DNA of 64,000 nucleotides from contig NC_091287.1 in assembly GCF_032444005.1 (NCBI RefSeq), forward strand, positions 559,798,001 through 559,862,000. The letters run 5' to 3'. Below, one piece after another: positions 45,166 through 58,504 of the stretch. Origin of the DNA: Ranitomeya imitator (lineage: Eukaryota). Position 1 is the first letter of the stretch. The number at the start of each line of letters is the position of its first letter. The position numbers and the translations under genes are program-made. The notes under the pieces were generated by a model, which saw only the letters and a list, made by a program, of their open reading frames with translations, ran no database searches and was not told the origin of the DNA.

Positions 45166-47876
45166 TGTAATAGAGTGCAGGGTTGCGTATGTCACCATGG
45201 AACAGACAGACCAACTGTTGGGGGGAATTTATTAACAGGGACAATATTCTTCTCGCAGGGAGAAAACAGTAGAATATGAACTGAAAAGATAACGGTGCAA
45301 AATATGGGAGTCAAACAGTGTATCAGAAGTAAGCAGGATTTCTTCAGAAAAGAACACTTATCAAGGGTCATCTTCTCCAGCGTAGGTGCTGAGAAACAGC
45401 GGCACTTGCCGTCCCTCTGTTGTCCGTGGGCTGAGTAGTCTCTAGGAACCCGCTGTCTGGGGTTTCGGGAGTTAATGTGATATACACTGGCTCTGAGTCT
45501 TTAGCTTTTCCAGCACAGCCTATCCTGGGAAAACGATGCTCAGTCTATTATTAAGTCTCTTAACAGGAATCAGGGGCTCTGCACTGATACCGTGGGTACC
45601 AGGGGTCACTGTCTCTGCATGGGCCACTATCTCTGCATGGGCCAGTGTCTCTGCACAGGTGTCAAGGCGCCCCTCTCCAGTCACAGCAGAGTCCGCTTTC
45701 ATGTACTCACAAGATGCAGTCTTTCTGGGCAATCTCCCTGCATTTGTCCTCTGACAGGGAGCCCTCTTTCCTCCCGGGAGCGCAGCTGCGTCCTGCCCTG
45801 ACCGCTGCACACGCTGCTCTGCCACTTCCGCGCACCCTCAGAGGGGTGAGTGGATCTCTGCCACCACTCTACTCGGGTAGGGCAATTTCTGGACATGTGT
45901 CCCACCCTTCTGCACGACCAGCACTCACGTCTGCGTCTGTCTGGAGGGCGCTTCAGTCTGGATCGTCGACCTTGGCGGGAGACATCTCTCATCTGCGGTT
46001 GCTCTTCACCTAGAATACGGAGTTACACCTGGGGCCACCATTAAAGCCTTCTTCATGCTACACACCTCTCCTCTATCTCTTTCTGGCAGCTTCTGCACGT
46101 TACCTCGGGGTATACCGCTGGTCCCCAAAAAGGCAGTAAGGGCTTTCCCCAGGCTCTCAATCTCCTCCCAGATTCTCCTTATCTTCAGCTGGGAATCTCG
46201 GGTCCACATCGCCTCCTCTTCATTCTGACTGGGTGCTCCACAATTGTAGCATGTTGGCAGTCTTCTTTGCCGAGCGGCACTGGTCTCACTTTGGGGGGCG
46301 GTCTCTCTTTCTCGCACCGGAGGGCTGCACTCTGCAGCAGGGGTCTTCTTATATTCAGCCACTTCCTCACGGACTCTCTTAAACTCCTTCTTCAAGTCTT
46401 GTACCCATTGAGGGGCGGTTAACTCCCATCTCCAGACCTTCCCACACTGGCACTACCACCCCTTGCTCTTGCTCGCGCATGCGTGCCTCACTTCCGACCT
46501 CAGAGAAAGTCATATCTGGCTTTATGCGCATGCGCTCTCGCAGGGCCTGTTTCATCAACACATCTCGCAAGCCTGTCACCAATTGGTCTCGCAGCACAAC
46601 GTCAATTGCCCCCACACCTACGCCGTCCTTCCGTATGATTGCAGTATGAAGCTCCTGCAGGGCATTCATATATTGAGTCACGGTCTCCTCCTCTCTTTGT
46701 ACCCGGCGGAACAGTCACATCCGCAGCTCCCCTACGTCAGTGGGGTCCCCGTGCGTCTCCTCAAGTATACCTAATACTTTGTCCAGGGTATCTCTCGCCT
46801 GGGGGGTCTGAGCATAACCGAGTTCCGTGCATCCCCCTCTAGGGCCATCACAGCTATTTCCGCCTGCAGTGCCGGCGTTATAGGATGCATTCGCATCATC
46901 CCTCGGATGCGCTCCGACCAACTCCACAACATGACATTGCTCCCCAAAAATTTTGGCAGGTTAACTAACAAGGCTCCCAGGATGATGTTAGACCTGGGGC
47001 CTCCACCAATTGCTTGGTCTGCCCCTTCCACGCTACCGTGTGACATCCTGCCGACTACGCCAAGTGTAATAGAGTACAAGGTTGAGTATGTCACCACGGA
47101 ACAGACAGACCAATTGTTGGGGGGAATTTATTAACAGGGACAATATTCTCATCGCAGGGAGAAAACAGTAGACTATGAACTGAAAAGATAACGGTGCAAA
47201 ATATGGGAGTCAAACAGTGTATCAGAAGTAAACAGGATTTCTTGAGAAAAGGACACTTATCAGTCTGATGAGGATTTGCTTGAAGGGTCGTCTTCTCCAA
47301 CGTAGGCACCAAGAAACAGCGGCACTTGTCGTCCCTCTGTTGTCGGTGGGCTGAGTAGTCTCTAGGAACCTGCTATCTGGGGTTTCGGAAGTTAATGTGA
47401 TATACACCGGCTCTTTAGCTTTTGCAGCACAGCCTATCCCGGGAAAATGATGCTCAGTCTATTATTAAGTCTCTTGACAGGAATCAGGGGCTCTGCACTG
47501 ATATACCATGGGTACCAGGGGTCACAGTCTCTGCATGGACCACTGCCTCTGCACGGGTGCCAAGGCACCCCTCTCCAGTCACAGCAGAGTCCGCTTTCAT
47601 GTGCTCACAAGGTGCAGTCTTTCTGGACAATACCTGCATTTGTCCTCTGACCGGGAGCCCTTTCTCATCCCGGAGAGCAGCTGAGTCCTGCCCTGACCGC
47701 TGCACATGGTGCTCTGCCACTTGCACACATGCCTTTCCCGCTCTCTTCCCGGCTTACTTCCTGCCCCAGTCTCTAAGTCTGCCCCCCGGGGAACCTGTAG
47801 CACAGTTCAATGGTTCCAGGCACGGAGCCGAGAAGGTAACCGCCCTCGGACTCTTCTTGTGTTGCACCTCCTCACA
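45166..47876 (-). mobile_element. Internally deleted Gypsy (5' LTR, tRNA-Ser PBS, decayed gag, truncated 3' LTR; no pol)
   Basis: 5' LTR 47065-47876 (TG...CA on minus); PBS 47045-47062 identical to that of Gypsy-1; gag pieces align by eye to Gypsy-1 gag (ERIRGMMR..TPALQAEIA..ALEGD; RDTLDKVL; LRDQLVTGL); 3' LTR remnant 45166-45827; flanks TGTG / TTTG. Confidence 0.85.
45830..47042 (-). pseudogene. gag: Frameshifted gag of the deleted Gypsy
   Basis: Track ORFs 46771..47097, 46715..46927, 46379..46681, 46006..46395 and 45699..45992; knuckles CYNC (partial) and CWSCRRVGHMSRNC. Confidence 0.8.
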
Positions 47877-50800
47877 TTTGGGGGAGGGGCTGTGGTGTTA
47901 TGTGTGAATGGAAGCTTCATACTTTATGAGGGGAATGTGGAGGCGTCATACAGTGTGTTTGGTTTGTGGGGGCTTCACACTATTGTGGGGCATGTGGAGG
48001 CTTTCTACTGTGTGTGATGTCTGTTGGGGCTTCATACTGTGTTTAAGGGTCTGCTGGGCTTCCTACTGTGTGTTGGGGCTTCATACTATATGTGCGTGCT
48101 GTGAAACTTCATACTTTATGAGGGGTCTCATTCTGTGTGTTGGGTCTGTGAGGGCATCATACTGTGTGTGGGGGTCTGTGAGGGCTTCATACTGTGTATG
48201 ATGTTTGTGGGGGCTTCATTCTGTATGAGGGTCTGTAGGGCTTTCTACTGTGTGTCGGGGCTTCATGTTATATGTGGGGGCTGTGGGGCTTTATACTTTA
48301 TGGGGGGCCTCATTCTGTGTATTGGGTCTTTGAGGGTTTCATACTGTGTGTGGGGGCTTCATTCTGTGTGAGGGTCTGTAGGGCTTCCTACTATGTGTCG
48401 GGGCTTCATGTTATATGTGGGGGCTGTGGGGCTTTATACTTTATGGGGGGCCTCATTCTGTGTATTGGGTCTTTGAGGGTTTCATACTGTGTGTGGGGGC
48501 TTCATTCTGTGTGAGGGTCTGTAGGGCTTCCTACTATGTGTTGGGGCTTCATGTTATATGTGGGGGCTGTGGGGCTTTATACTTTATGAGGAGTCTCATT
48601 CTGTGTGAGGGTCTGTGAGGGCATCATACTGTGTGTGGAGGTCTGTAGGGCTTCCTACTAAGTGTTGGGGCTTCATGTTATATGTGGGGGCTGTGGGGCT
48701 TTATTCTTTATGGGGGGCCTCATTCTGTGTGTTGGGTCTTTGAGGGTTTCATACTGTGTGTGGGGGCTTCATTCTGTATGAGGGTCTTAAGGGCTTCCTA
48801 CTATGTGTCGGGGCTTCATGTTATATGTGGGGGCTGTGGGGCTTTATACTTTATGGGGGGCCTCATTCTGTGTGTTGGGTCTTTCAGGGTTTCATACTGT
48901 GTGTGGGGGCTTCATTCTGTATGAGGGTCTGTAGGGCTTCCTACTATGTGTTGGGGCTTCATGTTATACATGGGGGCTGCGGGGCTTCATACTTTGTGAG
49001 GGGTCTCATTCTGTGTTGGGTCTGTGAGGGCTTCATACTGTATATGGGGTCTGTGGAGCTTCTTACTGTGCCTCGGGGCTTCATACTGAGTGTGGTGGAC
49101 ATTTTGGGGTCAATAAAAAAGGTATGCTATAATGTGGGAACGCTAAAAGGCTTCACCAGGAGAATATCTCTGTATTTCTAATATTCAATGTTGGGATTTA
49201 TGGTGCTTCCACTATATGCAAATACAGGTGGAGTTTAACTGGTTGTATCCAATGGAAATCGTACGGTTTACATGAGCCTCACTATGAGGGGCCATAATAA
49301 TAATAATAATAATAATTAATGGTGGAGAAAGCTTTAGTAAGATGTGTACTCTTGAGATGAAAGCGATATGACAATCCCCCTGTACATAATTCGGGTGCAC
49401 ATACGGATGGAGCGACATTGGTCGTATGGAATGGGCCGCTATGGTTTACGTTGGACGTGCTTTGAGCAGCCATATTAGTGTACAAAATGTTTTGTGCATT
49501 TTTTAAATTATTTTATTAGATGCAAAAATTGCGATTATTCACATTTAACCCACGTTGGGTTTTGTTCTCAGCCTCATGGGATACGTTATAGAAATTTATG
49601 GTGGATTCCTCATGGTGAGACATTTGGGGTCCGGTAGCCCGTCTCGGAGAAGACCCCCACCGTGCTCAGATTTCCTTTAAGATGTAAAATAGGAAGAATG
49701 TCAGAATTTTTGAGCAGGAAATGTTAATGAAGGCCACACAGGAGGTGTACTAACATTATGTGCTCGTCCAAGCGTCCGCAAGTCTTTATGAGCCTACAAC
49801 CCCCCGGAGGGGCCATAAAGCCTCGGTTATTGTGATATTGATCCCCACAGATCGGTCTGCAACAGCAATTTTTTTTTTAAATAACAGTCACATTAATATT
49901 GAATGAGCCGAAATGAATCATGATTTGGCGACATCTTAGGAGGACGCTTCTGTCATCATTGACTGGGCCGAAGATAAGACAATGAGGCTCCTGGAGCTCG
50001 GGAAAGATGGACTGCGGGCTGCAGTGCCGAGTCACCAGCGGAACACATGGACCTCTTAAAGGGAAAGTGTCGCTGATTCCCTCCAGGTGGCCGAGATGGC
50101 GACGATACAATATTACTTACAAGTTTATTGTTCACAGGTTACAATGTGTAAGAAAATGTATCACACTGCAGAGAGGAGCGACGAGTTACTACAGGAAACG
50201 AAATCACTGCACTCTCATAGGAATCACTGCACTCTCATAGGAATCACTGCACTCTCATAGAAATCACTGCACTCTCATAGGAATCACTGCACTCTCATAG
50301 AAATCACTGCACTCTCATAGGAATCACTGCACTCTCATAGAAATCACTGCACTCTCATAGAAATCACTGCGCTCTCAAAGAAATCACTGCACTCTCATAG
50401 AAATCACTGCGCTCTCATAGGAATCACTGCACTCTCATAGAAATCACTGCACTCTCATAGAAATCACTGAGCTCTCATAGAAATCACTGCACTCTCATAG
50501 AAATCACTGAGCTCTCATAGAAATCACTGCACTCTCATAGAAATCACTGCGCTCTCATAGAAATCACTGCGCTCTCATAGAAATCACTGCACTCTGATAG
50601 AAATCACTGCGCTCTCAAAGAAATCACTGCACTCTCGCAGAAATCACTGCGCTTTCAAAGAAATCACTGCACTCTCATAGAAATCACTGAGCTCTCATAG
50701 AAATCACTGCACTCTCATAGAAATCACTGAGCTCTCATAGAAATCACTGCGCTCTCAAAGAAATAACTGCGCTCTCAAAGAAATAACTGCGCTCTCAAAG

Positions 50801-53800
50801 AAATAACTGCGCTCTCATAGAAATCACTGTGCTCTCATAGAAATCACTGCGCTCTCATAGGAATCACTGCACTCTCATAGAAATCACTGCGCTCTCATAG
50901 AAATCACTGCACTCTCATAGAAATCACTGCGCTTTCAAAGAAATCACTGCGCTCTCATAGAAATCACTGAGCTCTCATAGAAATCACTGCACTCTCATAG
51001 AAATCACTGCGCTCTCAAAGAAATAACTGCGCTCTCAAAGAAATAACTGCGCTCTCAAAGAAATAACTGCGCTCTCATAGAAATCACTGCGCTCTCATAG
51101 AAATCACTGCGCTCTCATAGGAATCACTGCACTCTCATAGAAATCACTGCGCTCTCATAGAAATCACTGCGCTCTCAAAGAAATCACTGCACTCTCATAG
51201 AAATCACTGCACTCTCATAGAAATCACTGCACTCTCATAGAAATCACTGCACTCTCATAGAAATCACTGCGCTCTCATAGAAATCACTGCACTCTGATAG
51301 AAATCACTGCACTCATAGAAATCACTGCGCTCTCATAGAAATCACTGCACTCATAGAAATCACTGCACTCTCATAGAAATCACTGCACTCTAATAGAAAT
51401 CACTGCACTCTCATAGAAATCACTTCACTCTCATAGAAATCACTGCGCTCTCATAGAAATCACTGCGCTCTCATAGAAATCACTGCACTCATAGAAATCA
51501 CTGCACTCATAGAAATCACTGCACTCATAGAAATCACTGCACTCTCATAGAAATCACTGCACTCATAGAAATCACTGCACTCTCATAGAAATCACTGCGC
51601 TCTCATAGAAATCACTGCGCTCTCATAGAAATCACTGCACTCATAGAAATCACTGCACTCATAGAAATCACTGCACTCATAGAAATCACTGCACTCTCAT
51701 AGAAATCACTGCGCTCTCATAGAAATCACTGCGCTCTCATAGAAATCACTGCCCTCATAGAAATCACTGCGCTCTCATAGAAATCACTGCGCTCTCATAG
51801 AAATCACTGCGCTCTCATAGAAATCACTGCGCTCTCATAGAAATCACTGTGCTCTCATAGAAATCACTGCGCTCTCAGAAATCATTGCGCTCTCATAGAA
51901 ATCACTGCGCTCTGATAGAAATCACTGCACTCTCATAGGAATCACTGCACTCTAATAGAAATCACTGCACTCTAATAGAAATCACTGCACTCTAATAGGA
52001 ATCACTGCACTCTAATAGAAATCACTGCACTCTCATAGGAATCACTGCACTCTAATAGAAATCACTGCACTCTCATAGGAATCACTGCACTCTCATAGGA
52101 ATCACTGCACTCTCATAGAAATCACTGCGTTCTCAGGAAGATAATTGATCACATAGAAATCACTGCGCTTTGATAGAAATCACTGCGCTCTGATAGAAAT
52201 CACTGCACTCTCATAGGAAACACTGCACTCTCATTGAAATCACTGCGCTCTCATAGGAATCACTGCACTCTCATAGAAATCACTGCACTCTCATAGAAAT
52301 CACTGCGCTCTCATAGAAATCACTGCGCTCTTATAGAAATCACGGCGCTCTCATAGAAATCACGGCACTCATAGAAATCACTGCGCTCTCATAGAAATCA
52401 CTGCGCTCTCATAGAAATCACTGCACTCTCATAGAAATCACTGCGCTCTCATAGAAATCACTGCGCTCTCATAGAAATCACTGCGCTCTTATAGAAATCA
52501 CTGTGCTCTCATAGAAATCACTGCACTCTCATAGAAGTCACTGCACTCTCATAGAAATCACTGCACTCTCATAGAAATCACTGTGCTCTCATAGAAATCA
52601 CTGCGCTCTCATAGAAATCACTGCAATCTCATAGAAATCACTGTGCTCTCATCGAAATCACTGCGCTCTGATAGAAATCACTGCGCTCTCATAGAAATCA
52701 ATGCGCTCTGATAGAAATCACTGCGCTCTGATAGAAATCACTGCACTCTCATAGAAATCACTGCGCTCTCATAGAAATCACTGCACTCTCATAGAAATCA
52801 CTGCGCTCTCATAGAAATCACTGCACTCATAGAAATCACTGCGCTCTCATAGAAATCACTGCGCTCTCATAGAAATCACTGCACTCTCATAGAAATCACT
52901 GCGCTCTCATAGAAATCACTGCGCTCTCATAGAAATCACTGCACTCTCATAGAAATCACTGTGCTCTCATAGAAATCACTGCGCTCTCAGAAATCATTGC
53001 GCTCTCATAGAAATCACTGCGCTCTGATAGAAATCACTGTGCTCTCATAGAAATCAATGCACTCTCATAGAAATCACTGCGCTCTGATAGAAATCACTGC
53101 GCTCTCATAGAAATCACTGCGCTCTCAAAGAAATAACTGCACTCTCAAAGAAATAACTGCGCTCTCAAAGAAATAACTGCGCTCTCATAGAAATCACTGC
53201 GCTCTCATAGAAATCACTGCGCTCTCATAGGAATCACTGCACTCTCATAGAAATCACTGCACTCTCATAGAAATCACTGCGCTCTCATAGAAATCACTGC
53301 GCTCTCAAAGAAATCACTGCACTCTCATAGAAATCACTGCGCTCTCATAGAAATCACTGCGCTCTCAAAGAAATAACTGCGCTCTCAAAGAAATAACTGC
53401 GCTCTCATAGAAATCACTGCGCTCTCATAGAAATCACTGCGCTCTCATAGGAATCACTGCACTCTCATAGAAATCACTGCACTCTCATAGAAATCACTGC
53501 ACTCTCATAGAAATCACTGCGCTCTCAAAGAAATAACTGCGCTCTCAAAGAAATAACTGCGCTCTCATAGAAATCACTGCGCTCTCATAGAAATCACTGC
53601 GCTCTCATAGGAATCACTGCACTCTCATAGAAATCACTGCACTCTCATAGAAATCACTGCGCTCTCATAGAAATCACTGCGCTCTCATAGAAATCACTGC
53701 GCTCTCAAAGAAATAACTGCACTCTAAAAGAAATAACTGCGCTCTCAAAGAAATAACTGCGCTCTCATAGAAATCACTGCGCTCTCATAGAAATCACTGC

Positions 53801-56800
53801 GCTCTCATAGGAATCACTGCACTCTCATAGAAATCACTGCACTCTCATAGAAATCACTGCGCTCTCATAGAAATCACTGCGCTCTCAAAGAAATCACTGC
53901 ACTCTCATAGAAATCACTGCACTCTCATAGAAATCACTGCGCTCTCAAAGAAATAACTGCGCTCTCAAAGAAATAACTGCGCTCTCATAGAAATCACTGC
54001 GCTCTCATAGAAATCACTGCGCTCTCATAGGAATCACTGCGCTCTGATAGAAATCACTGCGCTCTCATAGAAATCACTGCGCTCTCAAAGAAATAACTGC
54101 ACTCTCAAAGAAATAACTGCGCTCTCAAAGAAATAACTGCGCTCTCATAGAAATCACTGCGCTCTCATAGAAATCACTGCGCTCTCATAGGAATCACTGC
54201 ACTCTCATAGAAATCACTGCACTCTCATAGAAATCACTGCGCTCTCATAGAAATCACTGCGCTCTCAAAGAAATCACTGCGCTCTCATAGAAATCACTGC
54301 CCTCATAGAAATCACTGCGCTCTCATAGAAATCACTGCGCTCTCATAGAAATCACTGCGCTCTCATAGAAATCACTGCGCTCTCATAGAAATCACTGTGC
54401 TCTCATAGAAATCACTGCGCTCTCAGAAATCATTGCGCTCTCATAGAAATCACTGCGCTCTGATAGAAATCACTGCACTCTCATAGGAATCACTGCACTC
54501 TAATAGAAATCACTGCACTCTAATAGAAATCACTGCACTCTAATAGGAATCACTGCACTCTAATAGAAATCACTGCACTCTCATAGGAATCACTGCACTC
54601 TAATAGAAATCACTGCACTCTCATAGGAATCACTGCACTCTCATAGGAATCACTGCACTCTCATAGAAATCACTGCGTTCTCAGGAAGATAATTGATCAC
54701 ATAGAAATCACTGCGCTTTGATAGAAATCACTGCGCTCTGATAGAAATCACTGCACTCTCATAGGAATCACTGCACTCTCATTGAAATCACTGCGCTCTC
54801 ATAGGAATCACTGCACTCTCATAGAAATCACTGCACTCTCATAGAAATCACTGCGCTCTCATAGAAATCACTGCGCTCTTATAGAAATCACGGCGCTCTC
54901 ATAGAAATCACGGCACTCATAGAAATCACTGCGCTCTCATAGAAATCACTGCGCTCTCATAGAAATCACTGCACTCTCATAGAAATCACTGCACTCTCAT
55001 AGAAATCACTGCGCTCTCATAGAAATCACTGCGCTCTCATAGAAATCACTGTGCTCTCATAGAAATCACTGCACTCTCATAGAAGTCACTGCACTCTCAT
55101 AGAAATCACTGTGCTCTCATAGAAATCACTGAGCTCTCATAGAAATCACTGCACTCTCATAGAAATCACTGCGCTCTGATAGAAATCACTGCACTCTCAT
55201 AGAAATCACTGCGCTCTCATAGAAATCACTGCGCTCTCATAGAAATCACTGCACTCTCATAGAAATCACTGCGCTCTCATAGAAATCACTGCACTCTCAT
55301 AGAAATCACTGCGCTCTCATAGAAATCACTGCACTCTCATAGAAATCACTGCGCTCTCATAGAAATCACTGCACTCATAGAAATCACTGCGCTCTCATAG
55401 AAATCACTGCGCTCTCATAGAAATCACTGCACTCTCATAGAAATCACTGCGCTCTCATAGAAATCACTGCGCTCTCATAGAAATCACTGCACTCTCATAG
55501 AAATCACTGTGCTCTCATAGAAATCACTGCGCTCTCAGAAATCATTGCGCTCTCATAGAAATCACTGCGCTCTGATAGAAATCACTGTGCTCTCATAGAA
55601 ATCAATGCACTCTCATAGAAATCACTGCGCTCTGATAGAAATCACTGCGCTCTCATAGAAATCAATGTGCTCTCATAGAAATCACTGCGCTCTGATAGAA
55701 ATCACTGCGCTCTCATAGAAATCACTGCGTTCTCATAGAAATCACTGCACTCTTAGAAATCACTGCACTCATAGAAATCACTGCGCTCTCATAGAAATCA
55801 CTGCAATCTCATAGAAATCACTGTGCTCTCATAGAAATCACTGCGCTCTCAGAAATCATTGCGCTCTCATAGAAATCACTGCGCTCTGATAGAAATCACT
55901 GCGCTCTCATAGAAATCAATGCACTCTCATAGAAATCACTGCGCTCTGATAGAAATCACTGCACTCTCATAGAAATCAATGCACTCTCATAGTAATCACT
56001 GCACTCTCATAGAAATCACTGCACTCTCATAGAAATCACTGCACTCTCATAGAAATCACTGCGCTCTGATAGGAATCACTGCACTCTCATATAAATCACT
56101 GCGCTCTCATAGAAATCACTGTGCACTCATAGAAATCACTGCGCTCTCATAGAAATCACTGCTCTCATAGAAATCACTGCACTCTCATAGAAATCACTGC
56201 ACTCTCATAGAAATCACTGCACTCATAGAAATCACTGCGCTCTTATAGAAATCACTGCACTCTCATAGAAATCACTGCACTCTCATAGAAATCACTGCAC
56301 TCATAGAAATCACTGCGCTCTCATAGAAATCACTGCACTCTCATAGAAATCACTGCACTCTGATAGAAATCACTGCGCTCTCATAGAAATCATTGCGCTC
56401 TCAGAAATCAATGCACTCTCATAGAAATCACTGCGTTCTCTGGAAGATAATTGATCACATAGAAATCACTGCAATTTGATAGAAATCACTGCGCTGTCAT
56501 AGAAATCATTGCACTCTCATAGAAATCACTGCACTCTCATAGAAATCACTGCACTCTCATAGAAATCACTGCACTCATAGAAATCACAGCACTCTCATAG
56601 AAATCACTGCGCTCTTATAGAAATCACTGTGCTCTCATAGAAATAACTGCACTCTCATAGAAATCACTGCACTCTCATAGAAATCACTGCGCTCTTATAG
56701 AAATCACTGCGCTCTCATAGAAATCACTGCACTCATAGAAATCACTGCGCTCTTATAGAAATCACAGCACTCTCATAGAAATCACTGCGCTCTTATAGAA

Positions 56801-58504
56801 TTCACTGCACTCTCATAGAAATCACTGCACTCTCATAGAAATCACTGCACTCTCATAGAAATCACTGCGTTCTCAGGAAGATAATTGATCACATAGAAAT
56901 CACTGCACTCTCATAGAAATCACTGCACTCTCATAGAAATCACTGCACTCATAGAAATCACTGCACTCATAGAAATCACTGCACTCTCATAGAAATCACT
57001 GCGCTCTCATAGAAATCACTGCACTCTCAGAAATCAATGCACTCTCATAGAAATCACTGCGTTCTCGGGAAGATAATTGATCACATAGAAATCACTGCAA
57101 TTTGATAGAAATCACTGCGCTGTCATAGAAATCACTGCACTCTCATAGAAATCACTGCACTCTCATAGAAATCACTGCACTCTCATAGAAATCACTGCAC
57201 TCATAGAAATCACAGCACTCTCATAGAAATCACTGCGCTCTTATAGAAATCACTGCGCTCTCATAGAAATCACTGCACTCTCATAGAAATCACTGCACTC
57301 TCATAGAAATCACTGCGCTCTTATAGAAATCACTGCACTCTCAGAAATCACTGCACTCATAGAAATCACTGCACTCTTATAGAAATCACAGCACTCTCAT
57401 AGAAATCACTGCGCTCTTATAGAAATCACTGCACTCTCATAGAAATCACTGCACTCTCATAGAAATCACTGCACTCTCATAGAAATCACTGCGTTCTCAG
57501 GAAGATAATTGATCACATAGAAATCACTGCAATTTGATAGAAATCACTGCGCTCTGATAGAAATCACTGCACTCTCATAGGAATCACTGCACTCATAGAA
57601 ATTATTGCGCTCTCATAGGAATCACTGCACTCTCATAGAAATCACTGTGCTCTCATAGGAATCACTGCGCTCTCATAGAAATCACTGCGCTCTCTGTTAT
57701 GAACAGGTAATTCAGAACCACAATGGACCTTGAAGTTCAGAGCACACAAAGTGACCTGACAATTACCAAAAACATAGGACGAGCTCTGAGACGTGGTAAC
57801 TCTGCTGACCGCAATCCCTAATCCTATCCAACCACACTAGAGGTAGCCGTGGAGCGCTCCTGACCAGACCTATGCGCCTCGAGCACAGCCTGAGAAACTA
57901 GCTAGCCCTAAGAAAGAAAAATAAGCCTACCTTGCCTCAGAGAAATTCCCCAAAGGAAAAGGCAGGCCCCCACATATAATGACTGTGAGTTGAGATGAAA
58001 ATACAAACGCAGAAATGAAATAGATTTAGCAAAGTGAGGCCCAACTTACTGAACAGACCGAAGATAGGAAAGATTGCTTTGCGGTCAACACAAAACCCTA
58101 CAAACAACCACGCAGAGGGCGCAAAAAGACCCTCCGCACCGACTAACGGTACGGAGGTGCTCCCTCTGCGTCCCAGAGCTTCCAGCAAGCAAGAAAAACC
58201 AATATAGCAAGCTGGACAGAAAAAATAGCAAACAAATATAACACAAGCAGAACTTAGCTTATGCAGGATAGTCAGGCCACAAGACGATCCAGGAGTAAGC
58301 AAGACCAATACTAGAACATTGACTGGAGGCCAGGATCAAAGCACTAGGTGGAGTTAAATAGAGCAGCACCTAACGACTTAACCTCATCACCTGAGGAAGG
58401 AAACTCAGAAGCCACAGTACCACTCTCATCCACCAAAGGAAGCTCATAGACAGAACCAGCTGAAGTACCACTCACGACCACAGGAGGGAGCTTGGCCACA
58501 GAAT

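Larger units (their letters stand above)
44935..49100. repeat. Degenerate ~20-bp GT-rich repeat (GGGGCTTCATACTGTGTG) with ~143-bp higher-order units, interrupted by an LTR element
   Basis: Present at 44935-45165 and 47877-49100; identical blocks start at 48272 and 48415, and at 48682 and 48825. Confidence 0.8.

Noticed and set aside
49200-50080. LINE or DNA-transposon fragment next to (ATA)n at ~49290
   Set aside because: No recognisable RT, endonuclease or transposase motif and no termini could be identified by eye.
50197-57694. CRISPR-like array
   Set aside because: Head-to-tail monomers with no unique spacers and no cas genes, in a eukaryotic context; the same applies to the 30- and 33-bp arrays.
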